A stretch of DNA of 64,000 nucleotides, from contig CAVOMG010000001.1 of the NCBI GenBank assembly GCA_963696985.1, positions 692,737-756,736 of the forward strand. Direction: 5' to 3'. Position numbers and translations under genes: made by a program. The first letter of the stretch is position 1; each line of letters starts with the position of its first letter. The stretch comes from an uncultured Thermoplasmata archaeon (lineage in GTDB: Archaea > Thermoplasmatota > Thermoplasmata > Lutacidiplasmatales > UBA184). A model generated the notes under the pieces. The model did not search any database. It was given only the letters and a program-made list of their open reading frames with translations, and was not told where the DNA came from. Below, piece after piece: positions 37,388-46,901 of the stretch.

Positions 37388-37810
37388 ATGGAGACGCTCG
37401 GACGACTCACCCGCCGCCAGGTGGAGACCCTCCAAGGGATCGGGCGTCGAGAGACCGAGGAACGGGGCGTCCCGCTCAAGACGCTCGCCGAGACCCTCCG
37501 GGTCCGCCCACCTTCGGCCCTGGCCCACCTGACCCAGCTCGAGGCGCTCGGCCTCGTCACTCGCTACCGAGGGAAGACCCGGTTGAGCCCGCGCGGTCGG
37601 TCCACCCTCGTGGAGTACCAGCGCCATCACCGGATCGCCGAGAACTTGTTCAGCCAGCTCGGGCTCCCTCCCGACGACGTCTGCGCGGCGGCCCGAGAGG
37701 TAGATCTCGCGATCTCTCACCGGACCATTGAGCGCCTCTGCGAGGCCGAACGGCACCCGGCGGTCTGCCCTCACGGTGAAAGCATTCCGCCCTGTTCGCG
37801 GGGGCGGTAA
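37388..37810 (+). CDS. DtxR/MntR-family metal-dependent transcriptional regulator
   Basis: Winged-HTH (LAETLRVRPPSALAHLTQLEALGLV) plus a dimerisation/metal-binding region (YQRHHRIAENLF...EVDLAISH...CPHG). First gene of the metal ABC operon. Confidence 0.8.
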   Translation: METLGRLTRRQVETLQGIGRRETEERGVPLKTLAETLRVRPPSALAHLTQLEALGLVTRYRGKTRLSPRGRSTLVEYQRHHRIAENLFSQLGLPPDDVCAAAREVDLAISHRTIERLCEAERHPAVCPHGESIPPCSRGR

Positions 37811-38847
37811 TGCCCGCGGGCACCTCCGACCCATCCCCGGAGACGTCGCGGCCGAAACTTACCGCGACGCCGAAAGCGACTCCCCGACCCCGATCGGGCG
37901 TGGGACTCTCATCGCGCGCTTTCGCTGTCATCGTGGCCATCGTGGTGGTTGCGGCCGGGACGCTGGTCGTGCTCCACCTCGTCGACTCTGGGGGGGCGGG
38001 GACCGGGCCCGGCGAAACTGGGTCCACCGTCCAGATCGTCGCAGCCGAGAATTTCTGGGGGAGCCTCGTCTCGCAGCTCGGCGGAGCCCACGTCCAAGTC
38101 CTGAGCGTCGTCTCGGACCCCAACGCGGACCCGCACGAGTACCAGTCGAACACTTCCGACGCGGTAGCGATCGCCAACGCGAGGTTCGTCATCGAGAACG
38201 GAGCCGGGTACGATGACTGGTGCTCGCAACTCGTCGCCTCGAGCGACCAGGCGGACCGGACGGTCCTGAACGTCGCGAACCTGCTGGGAGCCCCCGCCGG
38301 AGCCAATCCGCACTTCTGGTACGGTCAGGCGAACGTGAAGTTGGTAGTCGCAGCGATGTATTCGGACCTCGTCGCGATCGACCCGGGCGAGGCCAGCTAC
38401 TTCCAACAGCAATACGCCACGCTGAACGTCTCCCTTGCCTCCGTCTGGAGCTCCGAGTCGTACATCGATGTCCACTGGGGAAACGGAGCGACCGAGGTTG
38501 CCTCCACGGAGAGCATCTTTGTCTACATGGCGAACTCCACCGGACTCGACCTCGTCTCCCCTCCGGCCTTCATGGACGCCGTGGCGGAAGGGGACGATCC
38601 TCCGACCCAGAGCGTCACCCAGTTCCAGGACCAGCTCGAGAGCGGCCACGTGAGCGTGCTGGTCTACAACGAGCAGACGGTCACCCCGCTAACCGACGAG
38701 ATGAAGTCGATCGCGGTCCAGCACAACGTCACGATCGTAGGGGTGACGGAGACGATCCAGCCACCGAACGAGACGTTCCAGTTCTGGATGTCGGCGGAGC
38801 TCGCCGACCTCACGAACGCCCTGAACGGCGGTGCCCTCAGCCAGTGA
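37810..38847 (+). CDS. metal (Zn/Mn) ABC transporter substrate-binding protein (ZnuA/TroA cluster-9 family)
   Basis: N-terminal anchor, then VAAENFWGSLVSQLGG, DPHEYQ, NPHFWY, STESIFVYMA. Start overlaps the regulator stop (TAATG). Confidence 0.85.
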   Translation: MPAGTSDPSPETSRPKLTATPKATPRPRSGVGLSSRAFAVIVAIVVVAAGTLVVLHLVDSGGAGTGPGETGSTVQIVAAENFWGSLVSQLGGAHVQVLSVVSDPNADPHEYQSNTSDAVAIANARFVIENGAGYDDWCSQLVASSDQADRTVLNVANLLGAPAGANPHFWYGQANVKLVVAAMYSDLVAIDPGEASYFQQQYATLNVSLASVWSSESYIDVHWGNGATEVASTESIFVYMANSTGLDLVSPPAFMDAVAEGDDPPTQSVTQFQDQLESGHVSVLVYNEQTVTPLTDEMKSIAVQHNVTIVGVTETIQPPNETFQFWMSAELADLTNALNGGALSQ

Positions 38848-39749
38848 GAGACGGTCCCCCGGCCCCGGGACCCTCCTCGCTGGCCGGCGAGAGCGGCCCA
38901 CCGGTGATCGCGGCGCGGGGCGTGGAGGTAGGCTACCAGGACCGAACGGTCTGGCGTGACGCGACGTTCTCGATCGGCCCCGGAGAGTTCCTGGCCGTGA
39001 TCGGCCCGAACGGGGCCGGCAAGACGACCCTGTTCCGTCTCCTCCTTGGTCTCAATCGCCCGAGCGCCGGCACCCTCTCGATCTTCGGCGAGCCCCCGCG
39101 GCGAGGGAATCCGAGGATCGGGTACGTCCCCCAGCGCCACACGATCGATTACGAAACGCACGTCCGCTGCTTCGAGCTCGTCCGGCTCGGCGCTTCCGGC
39201 CATCGCTGGGGGTTCCCGATCCCGAGCCGCCATGAGACCGAGGCCGCCTGGCGTGCGCTCGAGCAGGTGGGCGCCACGGAGCTTGCGGGCAAACCGCTGG
39301 GAGCGCTTTCGGGCGGGGAACTCCAGCGAATCTTCCTCGCGGAAGCCCTCGTGAGCGATCCGAACGTCCTGCTCCTCGACGAGCCACTCTCGAACCTCGA
39401 CCTTCGCCGCGCGAAGGAGCTCGTCTCGCTCATCGCCCGGGTCGTTCGGTCCCGCAAGGCCGCAGCGCTCCTCGTCGCGCACGACATCAATCCGCTCATC
39501 CCCTACCTCGACCGGGTGATCTACGTCGCCAACGGACGCGTGGCGGTCGGGCGGCCGGCGGAGGTCCTGACCTCCGAACGTCTGACCGAGCTCTATGGGG
39601 TTCCCGTGGAGGTCCTCCGGGACTCTCGGGGGAACTTCGTCATCGTCGGTGAGGAGGATCACGCTGAGGGGCAGATCGTCGGAGGCTCGGGCCACCATGA
39701 GGGAGAAGGCGAGGCGGACGACCCGCTATCGCCGGAAGCGCGGTGGTAG
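38844..39749 (+). CDS. metal ABC transporter ATP-binding protein (ZnuC-like)
   Basis: GPNGAGKTTLF, LSGGELQRIFLA, LLLDEPLSNLD, VAHDIN. GTG 38844 overlaps the upstream stop; an alternative start lies at 38903. Confidence 0.85.
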   Translation: MRDGPPAPGPSSLAGESGPPVIAARGVEVGYQDRTVWRDATFSIGPGEFLAVIGPNGAGKTTLFRLLLGLNRPSAGTLSIFGEPPRRGNPRIGYVPQRHTIDYETHVRCFELVRLGASGHRWGFPIPSRHETEAAWRALEQVGATELAGKPLGALSGGELQRIFLAEALVSDPNVLLLDEPLSNLDLRRAKELVSLIARVVRSRKAAALLVAHDINPLIPYLDRVIYVANGRVAVGRPAEVLTSERLTELYGVPVEVLRDSRGNFVIVGEEDHAEGQIVGGSGHHEGEGEADDPLSPEARW

Positions 39750-40642
39750 CGTTCAGCCCGGACATCATCGGGGACGTGGAGCAGATGCTCCGGTACGCGT
39801 TCATGGTCCACGCCTTCGAGGCGGGGGGCCTGATCGCGGTCGCCGCCGGCTTCGTCGGCTACCTCGTCGTGCTGCGACGTCAGTCGTTCGCGGCTCACGC
39901 TCTCGCCCACACGGGTTTCGCGGGGGGTGCGGCGGCGGTCCTGCTCGGGATCAATCCCGTGGTGGGGCTCCTGGCGTTCACGAGCGCGAGCGGGGCGGGG
40001 ATGGCCGTGCTCGGGCGGAGGGCCTCGCAGCGGGACATGGAGACCGGGACCGTGCTGGCGTTCATGCTCGGGCTCGGGTTATTGTTCGTGAATCTCTACC
40101 GGGGAGGGAACGCGGACGAGGTCTACTCCCTCCTCTTCGGAGAGATCCTGGGGATCAGCAGCTCGGCGGTCCTCGTGACACTAGTCGCCTTCCTTCTGAT
40201 CGCGGCGGTCTGCGCGATCGTCTACCGGCCGCTGCTCTTTTCGGCCCTCGATGAGGACGTCGCCGAGGCGAAGGGGATGCCGATCTTCGGCCTCGGTCTC
40301 GCGTTCATGGTCCTGGTCGCGCTCGCGGTCTCGATGGCGATCCAGGTCGTGGGGGTGTTGCTGATCTTCTCGCTCATGGTCACCCCGGCCGCGATCGCGA
40401 TCCGCCTTTCGAACCGACCGCTCGTCGCCGTCACGATCTCGGTCGTCGTCGCGGTCGCGGCGACGTGGCTCGGCCTCTTCAGCGCCTGGTACGAACCCTA
40501 CCCGGTGAGCTTCTTCATCACGAGCCTCACGTTCGGGCTCTACCTCCTCGTGCGGGGCATCGAGTGGCTGCGGCATCGCCCGGCGCCCCGACCCCAGCCG
40601 GCGCGCTCGGACCATTCGATCGCGGCGGCCGAGGCGGACTAA
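39743..40642 (+). CDS. metal ABC transporter permease (ABC-3/ZnuB-like)
   Basis: Polytopic, with GFVGYLVVLRRQSFAAHALAHTGFAG and LLFGEILGIS motifs typical of ABC-3 permeases. Confidence 0.85.
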   Translation: MVAFSPDIIGDVEQMLRYAFMVHAFEAGGLIAVAAGFVGYLVVLRRQSFAAHALAHTGFAGGAAAVLLGINPVVGLLAFTSASGAGMAVLGRRASQRDMETGTVLAFMLGLGLLFVNLYRGGNADEVYSLLFGEILGISSSAVLVTLVAFLLIAAVCAIVYRPLLFSALDEDVAEAKGMPIFGLGLAFMVLVALAVSMAIQVVGVLLIFSLMVTPAAIAIRLSNRPLVAVTISVVVAVAATWLGLFSAWYEPYPVSFFITSLTFGLYLLVRGIEWLRHRPAPRPQPARSDHSIAAAEAD

Positions 40643-40702
40643 CGATCTTGGAACCGGGTCGTAGGGTTCCCCGGCGGAGATCCGAAGGCCGGATCCGGCG
40701 CG

Positions 40703-40981
40703 CTACCGAACGACGCCGCGGCGGACAGTGATCGGGATCACGCCGGCGGCGTACTCGAGCTCGGCGATCTCCACGGGATCGACGAGCGTCATCGGAACAT
40801 CGAGAAGGATCGGCGCGCCGAGAGAGACCTGGAGCGCGCGGGCCCCGAGGATCCGGGCGCGCTCGAAACGAGTGAACTCCGGTTCCGATACGTCGGTCGT
40901 TCCGGGAGTGGCGTCCGACAAGGTCCCAACGAAGGCGGCCGAATCCGTCGCGGCCGTCAAGGGGTCGGCCACTCTAGGCAT
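40703..40981 (-). CDS. rpoK: DNA-directed RNA polymerase subunit K (Rpo6/omega homologue)
   Basis: [26 protein letters not shown]...[26 protein letters not shown]-like tatatag lies immediately upstream of ATG 40981, so the real start may be an internal TTG/GTG. Confidence 0.85.
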   Translation of the reverse strand: MPRVADPLTAATDSAAFVGTLSDATPGTTDVSEPEFTRFERARILGARALQVSLGAPILLDVPMTLVDPVEIAELEYAAGVIPITVRRGVVR

Positions 40982-41285
40982 GCTATATACCCTTTACGAG
41001 GAGCCGAGTCGTCTCCGGGAACTATATTCGGCGCCGCCGGGGCGTCTGCCACCTCGAACGAATCACCGTCGAGCCAATCGCCTTCAAGGAAAGTGTTCTA
41101 CCCCGCCGTTCCCCGGATTCTCAGAAGGGTTCCATCGTCGGCGGGTCACCAACCTCGATCGCGACGTCCCGTGAGCCTCACGGAGGATCGCGCGCCCGAG
41201 TACCCAAGAGACCCCGGAAGGGTATCCAAAGGCAAGTTCTCCAAGTCTCTGTGTTCGCTTCACTCGGCTGACCCTGCCTTCTTCG

Positions 41286-41990
41286 CTACGATCCGTATCC
41301 TCGGAAGACCTCGAACAGGATCCGAGCGGGGCTGACGCCCAGGCTCTGCAGCAGGCGGAAGGTCCCCTGGACCATGCCGGGCGTACCGGAGACATAGTAG
41401 GTCGGCTCGGACAACCCGCGCGAAGCTTCGGTGAGGAGCTGGGCGTCGATGCGTCCCCGGCGCCCGACCCAAGACGACACCTTCGCGGGCCCGGTCAGGG
41501 TGTGAAAGACTTCGAACCGAGGATTCTTCCGGGCCAGTTCTTCGAGGGCCGCCCGATAAGGGATCTCCTCCTCGTTCCGGTTGGAGTAGACCAGGCGCAC
41601 GTCGAGCGGGAGCTGCCGGTCGGTAGCGTACTCCGCCATCCCCTTGAGCGGGGTGATCCCGATCCCCCCGGCCACCAGGACCGCCGGGGACGTTTCGTCC
41701 AAGACGAAGTGCCCATAGGCCCCGTCCACTTCCGCCACGTCCCCGGGCTTGAGCGAAGCGAACGCCTCCTTCCACGCGGAATCCGTGACTCGCGCTCCGA
41801 ATTCGAGGTAGGGCCGCGTCGGGGAGCACGCGAGCGACATCGGGTACTCGATCGGACCCTCGCGGGTCGAAAGTTCGAGCCCGCAGAATTGCACCGGCGC
41901 GAACTCGAATCCCGGTGGCTTCTCGAACTTCACGCCGTGCACGGCCGGTGTCAGTTGGGTCGACGCCAAGACCCGAACACGCGCGATCAC
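41286..41990 (-). CDS. FNR-like FAD/NAD(P)-binding oxidoreductase (ferredoxin reductase-type)
   Basis: FAD-binding beta-barrel (R.YS-like PMSLAC, GDVAEVDGAYGHF) and an NAD-binding motif (VLVAGGIGITP, YVSGTPGMV). Confidence 0.75.
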   Translation of the reverse strand: MIARVRVLASTQLTPAVHGVKFEKPPGFEFAPVQFCGLELSTREGPIEYPMSLACSPTRPYLEFGARVTDSAWKEAFASLKPGDVAEVDGAYGHFVLDETSPAVLVAGGIGITPLKGMAEYATDRQLPLDVRLVYSNRNEEEIPYRAALEELARKNPRFEVFHTLTGPAKVSSWVGRRGRIDAQLLTEASRGLSEPTYYVSGTPGMVQGTFRLLQSLGVSPARILFEVFRGYGS

Positions 41991-42059
41991 GACCCGATCT
42001 CGTCCCGAGGGAATCGCCGGGGTGATATAATGATTAAGTGCTTAGCGATTTGGTCCACC

Positions 42060-42578
42060 ATGAAGCCGAGATCTGATGCGGATTCCAGCGGCCGATCGAA
42101 GCGGCCCTCCCGGAGGAGACCGAACCGAACCCTGGTCGAGCAAGTGCCCAGGGCGCTACGAAGCGCCAATCGAGCTTTGAGCGCCCGGTTTCGGGGCTCC
42201 CTGGTGCGGGAGGGATTGTCCTTCAGCCGTTTCGTGATCCTCCGCCTCCTGGTGTTTCGAGGGCCGGCCACCTCCAAGGCCCTCGCGGGGTCCCTGGGAG
42301 TCACCACCGCCAACATGCCGGGACTTATCGACCGCCTTGAGACGGACGGTTTGGTGACCCGTACACGGAACCGGAGGGATCGACGCGAAATCCTCGTCGA
42401 GGCGACTCCGAAGGGTCGCAAGATCTTCCTCCGTCTGCGGGATACCGCAGTGGCCGGGTTGATGGAGGCCTTCGAAGGGTGGAGCGAACGGGAGCTGCGC
42501 GCATTCGTGGAAGCGCTCAAGAGATTCGCCGGTCAGCGACAGCTCGGGGAACTGGTCGAGCTCAAGGTGCTCCCTTAG
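42060..42578 (+). CDS. MarR-family transcriptional regulator
   Basis: GLSFSRFVILRLLVFRGPATSKALAGSLGVTTANMPGLIDRLETDGLVTRTRNRRDRREILVEATPKG. TATA-like gatataat lies ~30 nt upstream of ATG 42060. Divergent from the oxidoreductase gene. Confidence 0.85.
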   Translation: MKPRSDADSSGRSKRPSRRRPNRTLVEQVPRALRSANRALSARFRGSLVREGLSFSRFVILRLLVFRGPATSKALAGSLGVTTANMPGLIDRLETDGLVTRTRNRRDRREILVEATPKGRKIFLRLRDTAVAGLMEAFEGWSERELRAFVEALKRFAGQRQLGELVELKVLP

Positions 42579-42848
42579 GCCGTACGCTGCCAGTGTGCGT
42601 GTGAGCGGGCCATAGACGGCAGGCCCACCCGGAGTACCTGCCGCTCGGAGCGGTAGTGTGTTTCTCGAGGAGGAGCGCGACCGGGTCCCTTTGGTCGATC
42701 GGGCTGCGACCGGGCCGCGACAAGTCGACGGCGAACCGGGGCATACGTCGCCCGGGCCTTACCGGGTTGTGGGCGGGACCCCAACCGGGGGGACCCTGCG
42801 AGCTTCGAGGGACGCAACTTTTTTGGCTCGCGGGAGCTCCCCGCACCG

Positions 42849-43904
42849 ATGGCCGGTGGGGTCCGCCGCCGGTTCCTCGTCCGGCTCATCCATCGCGCTT
42901 GGCCCCTGTTCGCCCTGTTCGGCTCGGTGTGGGCCTCCGCCGCGATCGGATTCTACTACTACCAGGGCCACGTCTCCTTCTTCACCGCCGCCTACTGGGC
43001 GATCGTCACCCTCTCCACGACGGGGTACGGGGACGTCGTCCCGACGACGACCGATGCAAGACTTTGGACGATACTCATCCTGATCTTCCAGCTCTTCCTA
43101 CTCGGTTATCTGGTCAGCGTGGTCAGTACGATCGTGTCGGAGGAGGCCCAGCACCGGGTCCTCGGGACGCTCGGGACCAATCTCAAGGGCCACATTGTGG
43201 TCGTTGGCTACTCCGCGGTGGGCCGCGCCGCGGTGCGGGAACTCCTCGCGGAAGAGGAGAAGGTCGCCGTCGTGGTAGAGAACCCCGACGAGGTGGTGAA
43301 CCTCCGGAACCTCGCGCCCGAGAGGCAGCTCTTCGTCACGTACGGCTCTCCAACCGACCTCAACATTCTCAACCGCGCCAACGTCCCGGCAGCCCTCTCC
43401 GTGATCATCTGCACCTCCGACGACACGACCAACCTCATCGCGGCGCTCAACGTCCGGAACATCTCGAAGTCGATCCGGGTGGTGGTCTCGGTGCGGCAAC
43501 CCGAGCTCAAGGAGACGCTGAGCGCCGCCGGAGTGACCTACGTCGCCTCGCCCGGGGACATGGGCGGCCGTCTGTGCGCCGACGCGGCGTTCCGACCCGA
43601 GGTGGCTCACGCCATCGAAGCCCTTACCTCCACGAGCCTGGGCGCCGACCTCCAGGAGTTCCTCCTCGAGAACGGCACCCCGATCTCCAACCAGACGCTC
43701 CCGGAGGCCGAGCAGCTGATCCGGAGCCGATCCGACTGCCTATTGATCGGTTACGCAAAGCGGGGGCCGAGCGGGGAATACACGACCACCATCAATCCCC
43801 CTGCGTCGACCCGCTTGCAGCCGGGCGACGCCATCCTCATCGTCGGGAACCTCCCGAACCTTGGGCGCTTCCGTCGCTGGTTCGGCAAGGAGCAGGGTCG
43901 GTAG
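42849..43904 (+). CDS. two-TM K+ channel with cytoplasmic RCK (TrkA-N/TrkA-C) domains (MthK-like)
   Basis: Selectivity filter TLSTTGYGDV, Rossmann GHIVVVGYSAVGRA, C-terminal TrkA-C-like domain. Confidence 0.9.
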   Translation: MAGGVRRRFLVRLIHRAWPLFALFGSVWASAAIGFYYYQGHVSFFTAAYWAIVTLSTTGYGDVVPTTTDARLWTILILIFQLFLLGYLVSVVSTIVSEEAQHRVLGTLGTNLKGHIVVVGYSAVGRAAVRELLAEEEKVAVVVENPDEVVNLRNLAPERQLFVTYGSPTDLNILNRANVPAALSVIICTSDDTTNLIAALNVRNISKSIRVVVSVRQPELKETLSAAGVTYVASPGDMGGRLCADAAFRPEVAHAIEALTSTSLGADLQEFLLENGTPISNQTLPEAEQLIRSRSDCLLIGYAKRGPSGEYTTTINPPASTRLQPGDAILIVGNLPNLGRFRRWFGKEQGR

Positions 43905-43915
43905 GGCGGCGGGGC

Positions 43916-44533
43916 TCAGGGCCCGGGGGCCGCTGTCGGCTTCTCGAGGACGTGCCGGACCACCCACCAGCCCGAGGCGTCCGGTCGACGGATCCACGTT
44001 CGCTGGCTTACGAGGGTCGACCATATCGCGGGGGTCATGGCGAGCGAGCGTCGCCGGAACCGACGGAAAGGGCCCGCTCTCGGATACGTCAGGAGCGCCC
44101 GGCCCCCGGGCTTCAGGATCCGCCACGCTTCCGCGAGCGCCCCGGCCTTGTCCCAAAGACAGCAGAGGAGAAGCGACATCAGGACGCGGTCGACGCTTTC
44201 GGTCGGGATCCCGGTCGGGTTCGCCGCGGAGCCCACGAAGAACGTGACCCGTGGGTCTCCCGGGGATCGGCCGCGGGCGATCTCGAGGTTCTCCTCGTCA
44301 ATATCGACGAGGTAGAGGTGTCCTTGGGGTCCGATCCGATCGAGGATCTCGGCCTCGAAGTATCCCGGTCCTGCCCCGAGGTCGGCGACCGTCTCGCCGA
44401 AGGCGACCCCGAGTAGGTCGACCTCGATCCGGGGCGGCGCCCAACGCCGCCGGAGCCGGTTGTCGATCCCCCGCGCCCAACACCTCCGGTCCCGGGGGGT
44501 CGGGAGGACCTTCAACTCCGAGGGTGGGGCCAA
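43916..44533 (-). CDS. class I SAM-dependent methyltransferase
   Basis: Motif I VADLGAGPGYF, acidic motif II LYLVDID, motif III-like region. Confidence 0.75.
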   Translation of the reverse strand: MAPPSELKVLPTPRDRRCWARGIDNRLRRRWAPPRIEVDLLGVAFGETVADLGAGPGYFEAEILDRIGPQGHLYLVDIDEENLEIARGRSPGDPRVTFFVGSAANPTGIPTESVDRVLMSLLLCCLWDKAGALAEAWRILKPGGRALLTYPRAGPFRRFRRRSLAMTPAIWSTLVSQRTWIRRPDASGWWVVRHVLEKPTAAPGP

Positions 44534-44757
44534 CTCGACCTCCTCGGGAACCGCACCGGGCGAGGTTCAACGACGATCGGCGACCCGCGAGATCGCGGTC
44601 GTGCCCGAACAGCCACCCAGGGGGCGGCCCCCCGGGCGGAAGCTCGCAGGTGATACGATCGGAGGCGAAGCAGCGTCCGTCCTCCGATGCGACTCACGTC
44701 CCCCATACGCCGGACGGACACTTGGCGGGGACGGGAGTCCGCGACCGGCCGAGCGAC

Positions 44758-46324
44758 TCACGGTGCGGCCCGCTTCAGGTACCGGCCTCGGAGCGAAAGG
44801 GCGACGACGAGGCCGACCGCGATGATCCCCAGCATCAAGGTGAAGGTGCTGTCGTAGGCGCTGACCTCCGCCCCCGGGAGCGCCCGAAGATAGGGAAGGC
44901 AGCTCGGGATGGTGGCCGCCCCCGAGCCGTTGCAGGCCGGATCCGGCAACGGGTCCAGGGCGTTGAATCGGGAGGTAGCGTACGACGCGAGAATCGAGAG
45001 CCCGACCGAGCCCCCGAGCGATTGCAGGAACTGGACGAGCCCGCTCGCCTCCCCCACATCCTTCGCCTCGACCTCGTTCTGGACGGCGAGCACGAACACC
45101 GGGAAGGTGAGCCCGATCCCGAATCCGAGCGGGATCAACGGCAAGACAACCCCGCCCGTCGGCAGGAATCCGAACGAGAGGGTCCAGGTCGGGGTCGTGG
45201 CGGTCAGCCCGCGCAACAGGAAGAGCCCGACAAGGGAGATGATGAGACCGGCCCCGACCTGGACCCGGTAAGGAATCCGGGCGAGGAGTTGCCCCCCAAG
45301 GGCAGCGCCGACGACGAGGGGGAGGACCAGGGCGTACAGGACATCCCGCACCACGTCGGCCGAGCTCGCTCCGGGCGGGGTGAGCGCAATCCCGACGACG
45401 AGGGAGACGAACGTGGCGAGGGGGAAGAAGACGGCGCCGACGAGGAACGTCGTTCCGCCGCACGCCGCCACGATTCGCTGCGAGAGGAGGCGGAGCGGCA
45501 CGAGCGGTTCGCGGGCGACCCTAAGCTCCCAGTAGACGAAGACCGAGGCGATCAGGATCGAAGCGATCAGGAGACCGAGGACCCGAGGGTCGGTCCAGGC
45601 CCAGCCCGCCTCGGAGACCTGGATGAGGGCGTACTCGAGGGCCCCGACCCATCCGACCATCAGTGCGGTGCCAGCCACGTCGAACGGACGCCGGACCGCC
45701 GGGCGAAGCGGCCCCAGAGCGTACAGGAGGGTGACGGCCCCGACGAGGCCGACGGGGAGGTTCACATAGAAGACCCACCGCCAGTCTGAAGTTGTCGATG
45801 ATCGCCGAGCCGAGGAGCGGCCCGGCGACCGTGGCTATGCCGAAGACACCGGACAGAAGTCCGGTGATTCGCGCCCGGGTCTCCGGCGGGAAGGAGACCG
45901 CGACGATCGCGATCCCGACCGGGAAGAAACCCCCGCTGCCGAACCCCTGGACCGCCCGGAAGGCGATGAGCTCGGGGAGCGACTGGCTGAGCCCGGCAAG
46001 CATCGAGCCGGCGATGAAGACCGCGAGGCCCCCGAGGAAGACGTTTCGGCGGCTCCAGAGGTCGGAGAGCTTCCCGAAGATCGGGATCGCCACCGTCGAG
46101 GCGATGATGTAGGCGCTGACGACGAACGTCCCGCTGCTGGGCTGCCCGAACTCCTCGAGGATCTTCGGAAGGGCCGTGAGCACCACGAACTGGTCGAGCG
46201 CCCCCATGAGGAGCGCGAGGAGGATCCCAACGACCACGAGAAGTTCGAAGCGCCGGGACACCGAGGTCGGCTCCGAGGCCTCGAGGAGAGGACCCCGGGC
46301 CGACGGTTCCGGAGGTTCGCTCAT
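44758..46324 (-). CDS. MFS transporter (DHA2/EmrB-like, 14-TMS type); frame broken near 45784-45788
   Basis: The N-terminal half (ORF 45521..46324: LDQFVVLTALPKI, GKLSDLWSRR, FRAVQGFGSGG) ends ...SAIIDNF. The sense then continues in ORF 44758..45765 (WRWVFYVNLPVGLVG...). Confidence 0.85.
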
Positions 46325-46460
46325 CGATCGCGGACCCTCCCCGATTCGGGGCCCTCCGAATGCGCTCCGTTTATGAGCTCCCCCCTTCTTGGAACCCTAC
46401 AGTAACTCCCCCGCGCGCGCCGAGGCCTGGCGGGCGGATCTTGTCCGCGCTACAGAACCA

Positions 46461-46495
46461 TTATATCGGAATACCGATATCGGTAATTCGATATG
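46461..46495 (+). promoter_or_regulatory. PadR promoter/operator: TATA-like ttatat overlapped by inverted repeats ATATCGG-AATA-CCGATAT and palindrome CCGATATCGG
   Basis: ttATATCGGaataCCGATATCGGtaattCGATATg. A third half-site overlaps ATG 46493. Lies in the divergent region between the MFS gene and the padR-ABC operon. Confidence 0.6.
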
Positions 46496-46891
46496 TGGGG
46501 CCTTCGACGGAAGCGCGGCCTTCGGAACTTTGTCATGGCGATCCTGAGGCGGGGTCCTCGCAACGGCGCCGAGATCATGAACGACATGGAGGTGATGACC
46601 CACGGATGGTGGCGCCCCTCCCCGGGCTCGATCTACCCGCTGCTCGAGGAGATGGTCAAGGATGGGTCGGTCCGAAAGCGCGACGACGGTCGGTACCAGC
46701 TCCTCGCACTCCCGACGTTCGACTGGGGCTCCTACGGTCTTCAACCTCGCACTCCGGAGGAGGCCCTTCGGGAGATCTCGGGCCTCACCTCCTACCTCGA
46801 GGACCTCAAGCGCTCCACTCCGAAGTTCCCGGATCCGGTCAAAGCCGAGCTCGCCGAGGTCGCCGAACGCTTGCGCCATCTGAAGGACTGA
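46493..46891 (+). CDS. PadR-family transcriptional regulator
   Basis: LRNFVMAILRRGPRNGAEIMNDME...SPGSIYPLLEEMVKDGSV. Confidence 0.85.
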   Translation: MWGLRRKRGLRNFVMAILRRGPRNGAEIMNDMEVMTHGWWRPSPGSIYPLLEEMVKDGSVRKRDDGRYQLLALPTFDWGSYGLQPRTPEEALREISGLTSYLEDLKRSTPKFPDPVKAELAEVAERLRHLKD

Positions 46892-46901
46892 GGTTCGACC
46901 G

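Noticed and set aside
42660-42760. Repeated GCGACCGGG and other short direct repeats, considered as a possible CRISPR or tandem array.
   Set aside because: There are only two short copies with no regular repeat-spacer periodicity. No CRISPR-like array exists anywhere in the window.
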